Source: a virus
Taxonomy: Duplodnaviria > Caudoviricetes
Strand: one strand, 5' to 3'
DNA: 39,399 bases
Virus record (IMG/VR): IMGVR_UViG_3300048575_000460
Span: 1 to 39,399 of that record
Shown here piece after piece: positions 8,490-17,526 of the stretch. A program made the position numbers and the translations under genes. Every line of letters starts with the position of its first letter. Within the stretch, counting starts at the first letter, position 1. The notes beneath the pieces are model-generated. The model had not been told where the DNA came from. It did not search any database and saw nothing but the letters and a program-made list of their open reading frames with translations.

Positions 8490-8827
8490 TGGAGCGTATG
8501 GTGCTGCCTCAATGGTGCGGCCGGTGCTGTGAGTCGCACGTCGGTCGCTGTCCGTTGTCAGTTGTCGCCCATCGGCGGCAGACGGATGCTATGCGCCCGT
8601 CGGCGGCCAAGCGTGGCTATGGCCGGCGGTGGCAGGTGTCGTCGAAGGCGTACTTGGCGAAGCATACCGAGTGTGTGGAGTGTCGGCGGCAGGGGCTCTT
8701 ATCCGTGTCCGAGGTGGTGGACCACATCGTCCCGCACCGCGGGGATATGCAGATCTTCTGGTTGCGGTCGAACTGGCAGGCGCTGTGCAAAGCGTGCCAT
8801 GACCGCAAGACGGCGCGCGGCGAGTAG
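8486..8827 (+). CDS. HNH endonuclease, terminase-associated (HK97 gp74-like)
   Basis: RGYGRRW, CVEC, VDHIVPHRGD...NWQALCKACHDRKT; immediately upstream of cos/terS. Confidence 0.92.
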   Translation: MMERMVLPQWCGRCCESHVGRCPLSVVAHRRQTDAMRPSAAKRGYGRRWQVSSKAYLAKHTECVECRRQGLLSVSEVVDHIVPHRGDMQIFWLRSNWQALCKACHDRKTARGE

Positions 8828-8879
8828 GTGAGGCCGGCGACGGCCGGCGACTCTCGGATGGGTGGCCTCCCTGCCGGGT

Positions 8880-8960
8880 CGAGGGGGGGGCGTCGAAAGT
8901 CTGGGCGCCCTTCGGTGGAGACCGCGCTGGGCCCCAAACGTAGAAAAACGCGATTTTGAG
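8880..8960 (+). other. Probable cos packaging region
   Basis: Intergenic between HNH and terS with a G-run, then GTCGAAAGTCT...GACCGCGCTG; position typical of HK97-like cohesive-end phages. Exact nick sites not determinable. Confidence 0.55.
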
Positions 8961-8970
8961 TAGTTTTCCG

Positions 8971-9405
8971 ATGGCACGAGGGCGAAAACCGAAAAATTCG
9001 AAGGTGGTGGCGATGGAGGGACCTGTGTCCCATCGCCCCGAGCGGCCCGCAGGGCCGGAAGCCGCGCCAGGCGGGCTTGTCTGCAACGGCGACTTCGACG
9101 CCGACGCTCAGTACGCCTGGGATTTCTGGACGAAGCACATGAGTGAGGCCGGCATGACGTACGCGATCGATTCGCTCACTCTGCAGGCTGCCTGCTTCGC
9201 GTTCTCTCGTGCCATGCGTGCCGAGCGGATGCTGATGAAGGACCCGACCAACTGGCGCGCTGACGTCGCCGCGTCCCGTGGGTGGAAGCAGGTGAAAGAT
9301 TTTGCGCTGGAGTTCGGCTTGACCTTGGTGAGCCGAAATAAAGTCGTGACGGCCAACCCGCACATGCAGCTTGACCTTGAGTTGGAGGCTGCGCTGAACG
9401 CATGA
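8971..9405 (+). CDS. terS: Terminase small subunit (P27-like)
   Basis: MARGRKPK start, W...L.....D...L...C pattern, EFGLTLVSR C-terminal motif; overlaps terL. Confidence 0.85.
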   Translation: MARGRKPKNSKVVAMEGPVSHRPERPAGPEAAPGGLVCNGDFDADAQYAWDFWTKHMSEAGMTYAIDSLTLQAACFAFSRAMRAERMLMKDPTNWRADVAASRGWKQVKDFALEFGLTLVSRNKVVTANPHMQLDLELEAALNA

Positions 9406-10964
9406 GCGCCGCCGCAATTCCGACATTTTCTTTTTCCGAGGCACGCGCGAAGCGTGCTGTGAACTTCATCGAGCGCGTATGCTGTCACACGCAAGGTGAG
9501 TATTCCGGAAAGCCGTTCCTGTTGGAGCCGTGGCAAAAGTCGGAGATCATTGAGCCACTCTTCGGCATGCTTCGCGAGGATGGGACTCGCCGCTACCGAA
9601 CCGGCTACATCAGCATGGCGCGCAAGAACGGCAAGTCGGAATTGGGCGCCGCGATCGCGCTGTACCTGACGTTCGCCGATGGGGAACAGGGTGGCCAGGT
9701 CTTCTCCGCGGCTGCTGATCGCGGCCAGGCGAGTGTGGTGTTCGATGTGGCGGCCGACATGACGGAGATGAGCCCGATCCTCCGCCGGAGGGCGAGCGTG
9801 TTGCGGTCGACGAAGCGCATTATCGACAAGCAGACGCGAACCGTGTACCGGGCGCTGAGTGCGGACGTCGCCACGAAGCACGGTCTGAACGCGTCCGGAG
9901 TCATTTTCGACGAACTTCACACCCAGCCCAACCGCGATCTGTGGGACGTGCTTCGAACGTCGATGCGCGCCAGGCGGCAACCGCTGATGTTGGGGCTGAC
10001 GACTGCCGGCTGGAATCGCCATTCGATCTGCTACGAGCAGTACGCCTACGGCCAGGACATTCGCAAGGCCACAAAGCATGACGAAACATTTTTTTACTTC
10101 GTCCGTGAGGCAGCACCAGAGGACGACTGGACAGATCCGGAGGTTTGGAAGAAAGCAAACCCGGCGCTGGGCAAATTCCTGCGGATGGAGGACATGGAGG
10201 CGGAGTTTAACCAGGCGGTGCAGATCCCGGCCTTCCAAAACACGTTCCGCAACCTGTACCTCAACCAGTGGGTGAATCAGGAGGTCCGTGCAATTGACCT
10301 AGCGGCTTGGGATGCGTGCAAGCCGGCAATTATCCCGAAGCTCGATGGGCGACTCTGCTACGGTGGCCTGGACTTGTCGGAAACCAAGGACGTGACAGCT
10401 TTCGAGCTGGTCTTTCCCATGGGCAACTATTTCTTTGCGCTGAGCCATTTTTGGCTGCCGAAGGAAGGGCTGCGCGATCGCGTGCGCCGCGATCGCGTGG
10501 AGTGGGATGTCTGGGCGCGCGATGGCCTGGTGACGCTGTGCGATGGGCCCGAGGTCGACTACCAGCGAGTGATCGCCGACATCGTGAAGCTCAAGGCTAA
10601 GTACAACATCAAGCAGCTCGCCTTTGACAGGTGGGGCAGTCTTGGCGTCTGGCAAGAACTGAAGCGAGAGGGCTTTGATGTGGCGGCCTTCGGGCAAGGC
10701 TTCGGTTCCATGTCGGCGCCGACGAAGGAACTGCTCACGCTCATTGCCTTGCGGCGCTGGCAGCACGACGGCAACCCGGTGCTGCGCTGGATGGCTGATT
10801 CCGTCCAAACGACACAAGATGCCGCCGGTAATATCAAGTTCGTCAAGCCAGATCGCAACAAGAGCTCAGTCCGAATCGATGGCATGGTTGCCGCGGTGAT
10901 GGCTCTCGCTTTGGCGTCGGCTCCCCAGGCCGAGAAGCCAAGGCCCTCCATGGTGCTTCTGTAA
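9402..10964 (+). CDS. terL: Terminase large subunit (HK97-type)
   Basis: LEPWQ, Walker A MARKNGKS, Walker B IFDELH, TTAG, GLDLS nuclease motif, RIDGMVA. Confidence 0.97.
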   Translation: MSAAAIPTFSFSEARAKRAVNFIERVCCHTQGEYSGKPFLLEPWQKSEIIEPLFGMLREDGTRRYRTGYISMARKNGKSELGAAIALYLTFADGEQGGQVFSAAADRGQASVVFDVAADMTEMSPILRRRASVLRSTKRIIDKQTRTVYRALSADVATKHGLNASGVIFDELHTQPNRDLWDVLRTSMRARRQPLMLGLTTAGWNRHSICYEQYAYGQDIRKATKHDETFFYFVREAAPEDDWTDPEVWKKANPALGKFLRMEDMEAEFNQAVQIPAFQNTFRNLYLNQWVNQEVRAIDLAAWDACKPAIIPKLDGRLCYGGLDLSETKDVTAFELVFPMGNYFFALSHFWLPKEGLRDRVRRDRVEWDVWARDGLVTLCDGPEVDYQRVIADIVKLKAKYNIKQLAFDRWGSLGVWQELKREGFDVAAFGQGFGSMSAPTKELLTLIALRRWQHDGNPVLRWMADSVQTTQDAAGNIKFVKPDRNKSSVRIDGMVAAVMALALASAPQAEKPRPSMVLL

Positions 10965-12208
10965 TGCGAATCGAAACGTTGGCCAGTTTGGCGCTGGACT
11001 CTGGGTGCGACATCCTCGCAGTGCGCAATGAAATGCGTTCGTCTGATGGGCATCGGGGATCGGAGCTCTACGAATTGCTCACCGGTGGAGTGGAGAGCTT
11101 GGCGGGGACTGTGGTCACAGAGCGGTCCGCCATGACCGTGAGCACGGTTGTTGCATGCGTCAATCTAATCGCCGGCGCGATCGCCTCACTACCGAAGCAG
11201 ATCTTTGACGGGCAACCAGGCGCAGACATCCCCATGCGCATCGAGCACTCGTACTACAGGCTGCTCAACGTGCGCCCGAGTGAGATCCTGAGTGCTGCCA
11301 TCTACTGGCAGTGGCTGTTGGAGGATTTGCTGTTGGGCGGGGATGCGTTCTCACTGATCCAGCGCAATGGTTATGGCGATGTTGTAGAACTGCTTCCGCT
11401 GAGACAGGAGGACGTTCAGGTGCATCGGGTATCGGGCCAAGTCGTATATGACATTTGGCTCGATGAAAAGCCGATCCGGCGCCTCCCGGCTGGAGTGCTT
11501 CATGTGCCAGGCGCCGGCTTCGATGGCCTCCGCGGCCTACCTGTTGTTCGGCATTCTGCGAGGACGTCAATCGGACTGGCAATGGCTGCGGATGAGTATT
11601 CGGCCCGGTTTTTCAAGCATGGCGGTGTCCCCGATGTGTTCCTCAAGACTGACGGGGACATGGATGATGAGCTATTAGACAAGACGCGTAGGATGTGGGC
11701 CCAGAGGTACGGCTCGCTAGAACGGTCCAGGTTGCCCGCCGTCCTGCAAGGCGGGCTCGACGTCAAGACTCTCGGCCTAAAGCCGGAGGACGCCCAACTG
11801 AATGCAACGCGAGGTTACCAGGTAGAAGATGTCTGCCGGTTCTACGGAGTGCCGCCGTGGATGGTGGGCCATACGGAGAAGACCACGAGTTGGGGTGCGG
11901 GCATCGAAACGATGGGTGCTGGCTTCTCTCGATACACCCTCTCGCGTTACACGCGGCGAATCGAGGAAGAGTTCAGCTATAAGCTGTTCCCTGATTTCTC
12001 TGCCTACATGCGGTGCAACTTGGATGGCCTAGAAAGAGCCGATATCAAGTCGCGGTACGAGGCGCATCGTATGGCGCTAGGTGGAAGCACCGGTCCGGGC
12101 TTCGCCACCCCGAACGAAGTCCGTGCGCTGGAAGGGCGGCCGCCGATCGATGGCGGAGACACGCTGATCAAGTGGGAGAAGACGAGTGAAGCTAAACCAA
12201 CTGCTTAG
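10964..12208 (+). CDS. HK97-family portal protein
   Basis: VVACVNLIAGAIASLP, LLNVRP, GFDGLRG, VCRFYGVPP, TPNEVRALEG. Confidence 0.95.
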   Translation: MRIETLASLALDSGCDILAVRNEMRSSDGHRGSELYELLTGGVESLAGTVVTERSAMTVSTVVACVNLIAGAIASLPKQIFDGQPGADIPMRIEHSYYRLLNVRPSEILSAAIYWQWLLEDLLLGGDAFSLIQRNGYGDVVELLPLRQEDVQVHRVSGQVVYDIWLDEKPIRRLPAGVLHVPGAGFDGLRGLPVVRHSARTSIGLAMAADEYSARFFKHGGVPDVFLKTDGDMDDELLDKTRRMWAQRYGSLERSRLPAVLQGGLDVKTLGLKPEDAQLNATRGYQVEDVCRFYGVPPWMVGHTEKTTSWGAGIETMGAGFSRYTLSRYTRRIEEEFSYKLFPDFSAYMRCNLDGLERADIKSRYEAHRMALGGSTGPGFATPNEVRALEGRPPIDGGDTLIKWEKTSEAKPTA

Positions 12209-12887
12209 GATGGTGCGGAACGGGCCGCGGCCGGCGGCGCCAAAGAGTGCGGCCAGCAAGGATGAGGCGACTCTGTACCTCTACGACATCATCGGGGAGG
12301 ACTGGTACGGAGGCATTTCAGCAGCGCAGTTCGTGCGCGAGCTGAACGCGCTCACTGTGCCGACCATTCACCTCCGGATCAACTCACCCGGCGGTGATGT
12401 CTTCGAGGCACGGGCGATCGCGACCGCCATTCGTTCTCACCAGTCGCGCATCATCGCGCACGTGGATGGCTTGGCCGCATCCGCGGCGACGTATATTGCC
12501 ACCTCGGCCGCTGAGGTGGAGATGTCGAAGGGGGCGTTCTTCATGATCCACAACGCGTGGACCATCACGTATGGCAACAAAGAAGATCATGCGAAGGTGA
12601 TCGCCGTACTCGAAAAACTCGATGAATCGATCGCCGCCGATTACGAGAAGAAGACATCCAAGACGCGGACTGAGATCACCGCATGGATGGATGCGGAGAC
12701 GTGGTTCACGGCCGATGAGGCGCTGGCCGCCGGCTTCGTCGACCGCGTCGTGGATGGCGCCGTACAGCCTGCGTCGGCGCTGGCAGCGTGCTATCAGAAT
12801 GCACCGTCGGGGCTGGTGATGCGGCCGGCTGATGAGTGTGAATACGAAACCCGCCGGCGCCAGGCAATCCTGGCCGGCATCGCCTGA
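12186..12887 (+). CDS. ClpP-type prohead maturation protease
   Basis: RINSPGGDVFEA, DGLAASAAT (catalytic Ser), MIHNAW (His), ETWFTADEALAAGFVD. Confidence 0.93.
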   Translation: MKLNQLLRMVRNGPRPAAPKSAASKDEATLYLYDIIGEDWYGGISAAQFVRELNALTVPTIHLRINSPGGDVFEARAIATAIRSHQSRIIAHVDGLAASAATYIATSAAEVEMSKGAFFMIHNAWTITYGNKEDHAKVIAVLEKLDESIAADYEKKTSKTRTEITAWMDAETWFTADEALAAGFVDRVVDGAVQPASALAACYQNAPSGLVMRPADECEYETRRRQAILAGIA

Positions 12888-12914
12888 CAAGGCAAGACCG
12901 AACAAGGAGTCCAT

Positions 12915-14129
12915 ATGAAGGAAATCGAAGCCCTGCGGGCGCGCCGGGCGGAAATTGCGAGAAACATGCGTGCGCTGAACGATGCGCACAAAGGAGCCGC
13001 CTGGGGCCCCGAACAGCAGACCAAGTGGGCGGATTTTGAGGCGGAGCTCACCCGGGCCGACGATGAGATCGCGCGGAAGCAGCGGCTCATGGACATGGAG
13101 GCGGCAAACTCGTTCGCGGATCGTGGACGGACCCCGCCGGATGGTCAGCGCGGCGGGGATTCGGGGCAAGTGGTAATTCTGAATCGGCTGCTGCGGGTTG
13201 GTGAGAATGGACTACGCGGGGACGAAATCACTCAGTTCCGCGACACGATGAGCACCACAACGGGATCCGAGGGCGGTTACACCGTCCCGACGACAACGGT
13301 GCCGGCGCTGATCGAAGCCATGAAGGAATTCGGCGGCATGCGCGCGGTGGCCACGGTCATCACGACAAGCAGCGGCGAGGCGATGAACTATCCTTCGACG
13401 GACGGCACCGCCGAAGTCGGCGAACTGGTGGCGGAGAACGCTCCGGTCGCGGACCTCGACATCGCCTTCGGCAATGTGCCGTTGGTGGTGTACAAGTTCT
13501 CGTCGAAAACCATCGGCGTGCCGGTTGAGTTGTTGCAAGATTCCGCGGTCAATCTGGAAGCTCTGATCTATCGCAGACTGGGCGAGCGCATCGCGCGAAT
13601 CCAGAATACCTATCACACGACTGGCACGGGCATCGGCCAGCCGGGTGGGATTGTCGAGAAGAGCTCGCTCGGCAAGACGGGAGCGAACGGGCAGACCACG
13701 TCGATCATTTACGACGATCTGCTGGATCTGCAACACGCCGTCGATCCTGCCTACCGGAAGCAGGGTGGCAAGTGGATGATGGCTGATAAGACGGTAAAGG
13801 CGATCAGGAAGTTGAAGGACGCCGAAAACCGGCCGATCTGGCTGCCAAGTTATGACGGAGGCATCGCGGCGAAGGCTCCCGAAACGCTTTTGGGCGATCC
13901 GATCGTCATCAACCAGGACATACCGGTGATGGCTGCGAATGCGAAGAGCATCCTGTATGGCTTGTTTTTGAAGTACATCATTCGCGACGTGCCCATGGTG
14001 ACCATCTTCCGCTTTGCCGACTCCGCCTACGCCAAGAAGGGCCAGGTTGGGTTCCTGTCTTTCATGCGCGGCGGCGGCAATCTCACCGACACCGCGGCCG
14101 TGAAGCACTACGCCAATTCGGCGGCCTGA
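12915..14129 (+). CDS. Major capsid protein, HK97 fold with N-terminal delta domain
   Basis: AAGGAG RBS; coiled-coil N-terminus, EGGYTVP, ELLQDS, GTGIGQPGGI, LKDAENRPIW. Confidence 0.95.
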   Translation: MKEIEALRARRAEIARNMRALNDAHKGAAWGPEQQTKWADFEAELTRADDEIARKQRLMDMEAANSFADRGRTPPDGQRGGDSGQVVILNRLLRVGENGLRGDEITQFRDTMSTTTGSEGGYTVPTTTVPALIEAMKEFGGMRAVATVITTSSGEAMNYPSTDGTAEVGELVAENAPVADLDIAFGNVPLVVYKFSSKTIGVPVELLQDSAVNLEALIYRRLGERIARIQNTYHTTGTGIGQPGGIVEKSSLGKTGANGQTTSIIYDDLLDLQHAVDPAYRKQGGKWMMADKTVKAIRKLKDAENRPIWLPSYDGGIAAKAPETLLGDPIVINQDIPVMAANAKSILYGLFLKYIIRDVPMVTIFRFADSAYAKKGQVGFLSFMRGGGNLTDTAAVKHYANSAA

Positions 14130-14151
14130 TAACCCCAAACGATGAACACCA

Positions 14152-14184
14152 GTCAGCCAGGCTCCATTTGGGAGCCTGGCTGAC
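14152..14184 (+). promoter_or_regulatory. Perfect 14-bp hairpin after the capsid gene (mRNA stabiliser or attenuator)
   Basis: GTCAGCCAGGCTCC-ATTTG-GGAGCCTGGCTGAC, no U-tract. Confidence 0.65.
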
Positions 14185-14196
14185 ACGAGGACTCAT

Positions 14197-14562
14197 ATGA
14201 AGAGCATTCGTACGGCGATCTTTGTGGTCATTGTGTTGACATGGCTGGTCTACGGCCAGGTCCGGACGCACAACCAGAGTGGGAACTTCTTTGAGACGGT
14301 GCCGGCCACCGTGCCGACAACGATGACAGACGTGCTGACCGGGGATGTGCAGATGGAGGCTCTCCATCTCACTAGCCGTACAGACTCGCAGGTGCAGTGT
14401 TACGTGCAGGATCGGCAGGCAACGCCAGTGCCCATCATGGACGGCACGAAGCTGGATGCGCGAGCGGTGTTCGTCGTCCCGCTGAATGGGCGATTGGCAC
14501 CAGGCGGTTTGAGCTGGTACTGCACCGGTCCCGTGGCGGGGTGGCTGAAGGGACGCAGATGA
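14197..14562 (+). CDS. Small beta-rich protein with signal peptide in the head-decoration gene position
   Basis: GAGGA RBS; MKSIRTAIFVVIVLTWLVYG|Q; two Cys in the mature part; ATGA coupling to next gene. Confidence 0.75.
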   Translation: MKSIRTAIFVVIVLTWLVYGQVRTHNQSGNFFETVPATVPTTMTDVLTGDVQMEALHLTSRTDSQVQCYVQDRQATPVPIMDGTKLDARAVFVVPLNGRLAPGGLSWYCTGPVAGWLKGRR

Positions 14563-14792
14563 TGACGGTCCGAAATCTCGTGTCATGGGCGGGAGAAGAC
14601 TTCTCTGTGCGGCCTGGTGAGCTGATCGAACTGTCTGAGGAGATTGCCCTCGGACGCATTGAGGCAGGCCTCGCGGAGCGGTTGCCTGCGGAGCAATATC
14701 CTCTCACTGAGGCACTGGTAAGTGGGTTGCCGGCAGACTCACCGCTTCTGGAGCAGGCTGGGGAAATTCCCCAGAAGCGGAGGCGGCGGTAA
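14559..14792 (+). CDS. Small head-associated phage protein
   Basis: VSWAG...PGELIEL.EE.A...IEAGLAE pattern often seen just after HK97-type capsid genes. Confidence 0.7.
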   Translation: MMTVRNLVSWAGEDFSVRPGELIELSEEIALGRIEAGLAERLPAEQYPLTEALVSGLPADSPLLEQAGEIPQKRRRR

Positions 14793-15367
14793 TGGGTTTT
14801 GCGCTCAAGATACCGGCCGTGGTGCCGGAGCAACTCCTCGCGCTGGCGGATGCTCATCTCCGCGCAGATGGACTGCACGCGGCTCTCATTGAGGGCTATG
14901 TGCAGGGCGCCATCGCGGAATTCGAGCGCATTACAGAGCGCGCCATGTTCGCATCGACGTGGTACCTCTACCTCGACACTTGGCCGCGTGGCTATCATCT
15001 CGATCTCGGGCGTGGCAAGTGCGCCGGCGTAACCGCGATCGAGTACTTGCCGACTGGCAACGCGCCCGATGAATGGGAGACGATGGCGCCGGCGTCGTAC
15101 CTGGTGGATGCCGTGCGGCAGCCTGGGCGAATTGTGCTGGCGGATGGCGCGAACTGGCCGGCAGAGGCACTGGTCCCGATCAACGGCGTGCGCGTGGAGT
15201 TCAGCGCCGGATGGACCTGGGCGGAACTGCCCGGCGACGTGCGAAACGGTCTGTTGCTGAAAACGCAGGAGCTTTTTGACGGGTTGCCCGCCCAAGCGGG
15301 CAATGCCGAACTGTACATTCGCCGAATCCGCCAGGTGTGGCAGGATCTGATCCGGAGATACAAGTGA
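14792..15367 (+). CDS. Head-tail connector/adaptor (HK97 gp6 / phiE125 gp8-like)
   Basis: AHLRAD, EFERITER, VRVEFSAGW, LPGDVRNGLLL; synteny. Confidence 0.85.
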   Translation: MGFALKIPAVVPEQLLALADAHLRADGLHAALIEGYVQGAIAEFERITERAMFASTWYLYLDTWPRGYHLDLGRGKCAGVTAIEYLPTGNAPDEWETMAPASYLVDAVRQPGRIVLADGANWPAEALVPINGVRVEFSAGWTWAELPGDVRNGLLLKTQELFDGLPAQAGNAELYIRRIRQVWQDLIRRYK

Positions 15368-15702
15368 TTGCCCAAGATCGCAAAGAGCGTATTGTGATCG
15401 AGCGTCTGCCGGAGAGCCGCGGCGCTACGGGCGCACTGAAGCGCGATGAGCATCTGTGGGTGTCGATCGGCGAGCGCTGGGCGCGCGCAGTGCCGCGGCA
15501 AACGCAACGGTTTGAACGGCTGATGGCGCAGTACGACATGGTGACGGTGGTTTACGAGTGCCTCGGAGGGCTGGACGTGGCTCCTCGGGATCGAGTCCGA
15601 CATGCAGGACGCACCTACGAGGTGATAGGCGTTCAGACGCGTGATAACCGGCCGCCGGCCGACGCGGATGAGCTAACGCTGGTGTGTAAGGGGCTCCAGT
15701 GA
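15364..15702 (+). CDS. Head closure/stopper protein (SPP1 gp16-like)
   Basis: ERIVIER...WA...DRVRHAGRTYEVIGV...LTLVC; GTGA overlap; synteny. Confidence 0.8.
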   Translation: MIAQDRKERIVIERLPESRGATGALKRDEHLWVSIGERWARAVPRQTQRFERLMAQYDMVTVVYECLGGLDVAPRDRVRHAGRTYEVIGVQTRDNRPPADADELTLVCKGLQ

Positions 15703-16100
15703 AGGTAGAGTTGATTGGCCGCGAGAGCCTGGTCCGGAGAGTGTTGGCAATCGCTAATTCTCCGTACGAAGAGGACACGGCGAAGGCGTTGGGCGCGGCC
15801 GCCGCGCAACTGGCGCGGACAGTGAGGAGCCTCGCTCCGGTGCGCACCGGCCGCCTGCGCACGGCAACGATCGGTCGGGCGTGGACGCAAAGCGCGGATG
15901 CCCGGCGGCGTTACGGGCCCGGAGCCTTTGCCCAGACGAACCTGAAGCCCAGGTATGTGAATACGGCACCGTATGGCCATATCGTCGAAGAACGGCGCCA
16001 CATGTGGCAGCGAGGTATTGAGCAAGGCGGCCAGTTGGCGCTCGATCAAGCTGCCGCCAAGATCCATCAGATTCAGCAGCGCATCCTCTCTGGAACTTAG
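15699..16100 (+). CDS. Neck/tail completion protein (HK97 gp10-like)
   Basis: APVRTGRLR and APYGHIVE motifs. Confidence 0.8.
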   Translation: MKVELIGRESLVRRVLAIANSPYEEDTAKALGAAAAQLARTVRSLAPVRTGRLRTATIGRAWTQSADARRRYGPGAFAQTNLKPRYVNTAPYGHIVEERRHMWQRGIEQGGQLALDQAAAKIHQIQQRILSGT

Positions 16101-16102
16101 GC

Positions 16103-16519
16103 ATGGCATTCGCATCTGCTCTCTATGCCCATCTAGCCGCTGCTGATGCTGTGGTGGATCTGGTGGGGGACCGCATCTGTCCCGTTGTCGGGCCGTCGCC
16201 GCAGGAACCGAACCAGCCGTATCCGGACACTCTCGTGTTTCGGCTGGATGGTTTGGCGCCGGAGCTCAGCATCACGTGGGGACGAAGTGAAGCAACACGA
16301 TGGACTCTCACGGCGCTGAGCATGGACCACGCGACCGCACATGCGATCGCTGAGGCAGTTAAGCGTTGTCTGCACACGTACTACGGCCCGATGGGAGGAG
16401 CCGGCGGATATCTAGTGAAGTCCTCGTCGCGGGTGGACGCGAAGGATGAGTTTGATCCGGAATATAGCTTGTTCGCTGTGGAATCAGTCTACGAGCTGGT
16501 GTATGTCCCAATCACGTAA
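16103..16519 (+). CDS. Tail terminator protein (DUF3168-like)
   Basis: ALYAHL...LVGDRICP...AIAEAVKRCL; position before tail tube. Confidence 0.8.
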   Translation: MAFASALYAHLAAADAVVDLVGDRICPVVGPSPQEPNQPYPDTLVFRLDGLAPELSITWGRSEATRWTLTALSMDHATAHAIAEAVKRCLHTYYGPMGGAGGYLVKSSSRVDAKDEFDPEYSLFAVESVYELVYVPIT

Positions 16520-16530
16520 GGAGATAATCG

Positions 16531-16944
16531 ATGCCTTTTGACCCGGCGTCTTCGCAAAATACGAAACTTTACTGGCGAACCGCCCCAACGGTGTTTGCCT
16601 TGATCGATGGCATTACGACGTTAACCGGAAGCGGCGGGGAGCGCACCACGATCCCGGCAACCGCAATAAGCGATTCAGAGTCGCGCTCCTTGCCGGGTAT
16701 GCCCAGCGATCGTACATTTGAGGGCACGGTGAATTATGTGCCGGCTGATGTCGTTCACGCGGCTCTCAGGGCTGCCTGTAAGGCTGGCACAAAGGGCACG
16801 TTCAAAAAGGTGGACTCGGATGGGCAAACCGATTTCTTCGACGCCACTGTTGTGGCGTTCGGCATGCCATCCTACTCCGCGAATCAGCCGAGAACATGTG
16901 CCTTTAAGCTCTTGCTCGACGGAGACTTCCGTGCCGCAGAGTAA
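16531..16944 (+). CDS. Major tail tube protein
   Basis: AAGGAG RBS; 137 aa, lambdoid tube-like pattern (I..T...S....LPG..D...F...NY); synteny. Confidence 0.85.
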   Translation: MPFDPASSQNTKLYWRTAPTVFALIDGITTLTGSGGERTTIPATAISDSESRSLPGMPSDRTFEGTVNYVPADVVHAALRAACKAGTKGTFKKVDSDGQTDFFDATVVAFGMPSYSANQPRTCAFKLLLDGDFRAAE

Positions 16945-17365
16945 AGCGAAAGTCGCAGACCTTCCGCCGGCGATGACGGCCGCAATGATCCCCAGCCCAA
17001 CTATCACCTTCATCCTTGATGAGCGGGCCTATGCGTTGCGCCTGGCGCATGCAGATCTGGCGCTGGCAGAGTATAACAGCGGCATCGGCATGATGGCGGC
17101 CGAAACGAAGTTCTGGGATCTGACGGTCGCCACGACGTTTAAGTTCACGCTGCTCCTCTGGGCATCCATGCTGTGGTTGCACCCGAAGATCGAACTGGAA
17201 TACGTTCGCCAGCGCATCAATATCGACAACCAGGATGAGGTCACCGATGTGGTCAATGCGCTCCTGGAGCGGGACGTTCTCCCGGTGATGCGGAGGAAGA
17301 AGGCGGAGTTGGACGCCGCGGAGCCGAGTGACGACCCTTTCGAGGAGACTACTGGCTCAGAATGA
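16931..17365 (+). CDS. Tail assembly chaperone (gpG-like)
   Basis: GGAG at 16921 then GTG 16931; between tube and tape measure; slippery heptamer near its 3' end. Confidence 0.8.
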   Translation: MPQSKAKVADLPPAMTAAMIPSPTITFILDERAYALRLAHADLALAEYNSGIGMMAAETKFWDLTVATTFKFTLLLWASMLWLHPKIELEYVRQRINIDNQDEVTDVVNALLERDVLPVMRRKKAELDAAEPSDDPFEETTGSE

Positions 17366-17514
17366 GGACGTTTGCGATTTACCGCCTGCGCATGACGGTA
17401 GATCAGTTTTGGCAGATGACGCCTAGGGAGTTATCAGGCGTCATCTGCTGGCACGAAGATGAACGCGATTTTCACATCGCACTTGCCGGCCGCCTGCCTA
17501 AACTTCCGCAGTAG
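17335..17514 (+). CDS. Tail assembly chaperone extension (gpT-like), reached by -1 frameshift at C CCT TTC
   Basis: The -1 frame reads PFRGDYWLRMRTFAIYRLRMTVDQFWQMTPREL... to TAG 17512-17514; FWxMTPxE is typical. Not in the ORF track. Confidence 0.8.
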   Translation, partial: PFRGDYWLRMRTFAIYRLRMTVDQFWQMTPRELSGVICWHEDERDFHIALAGRLPKLPQ

Positions 17515-17526
17515 ACCCAATCTCAT

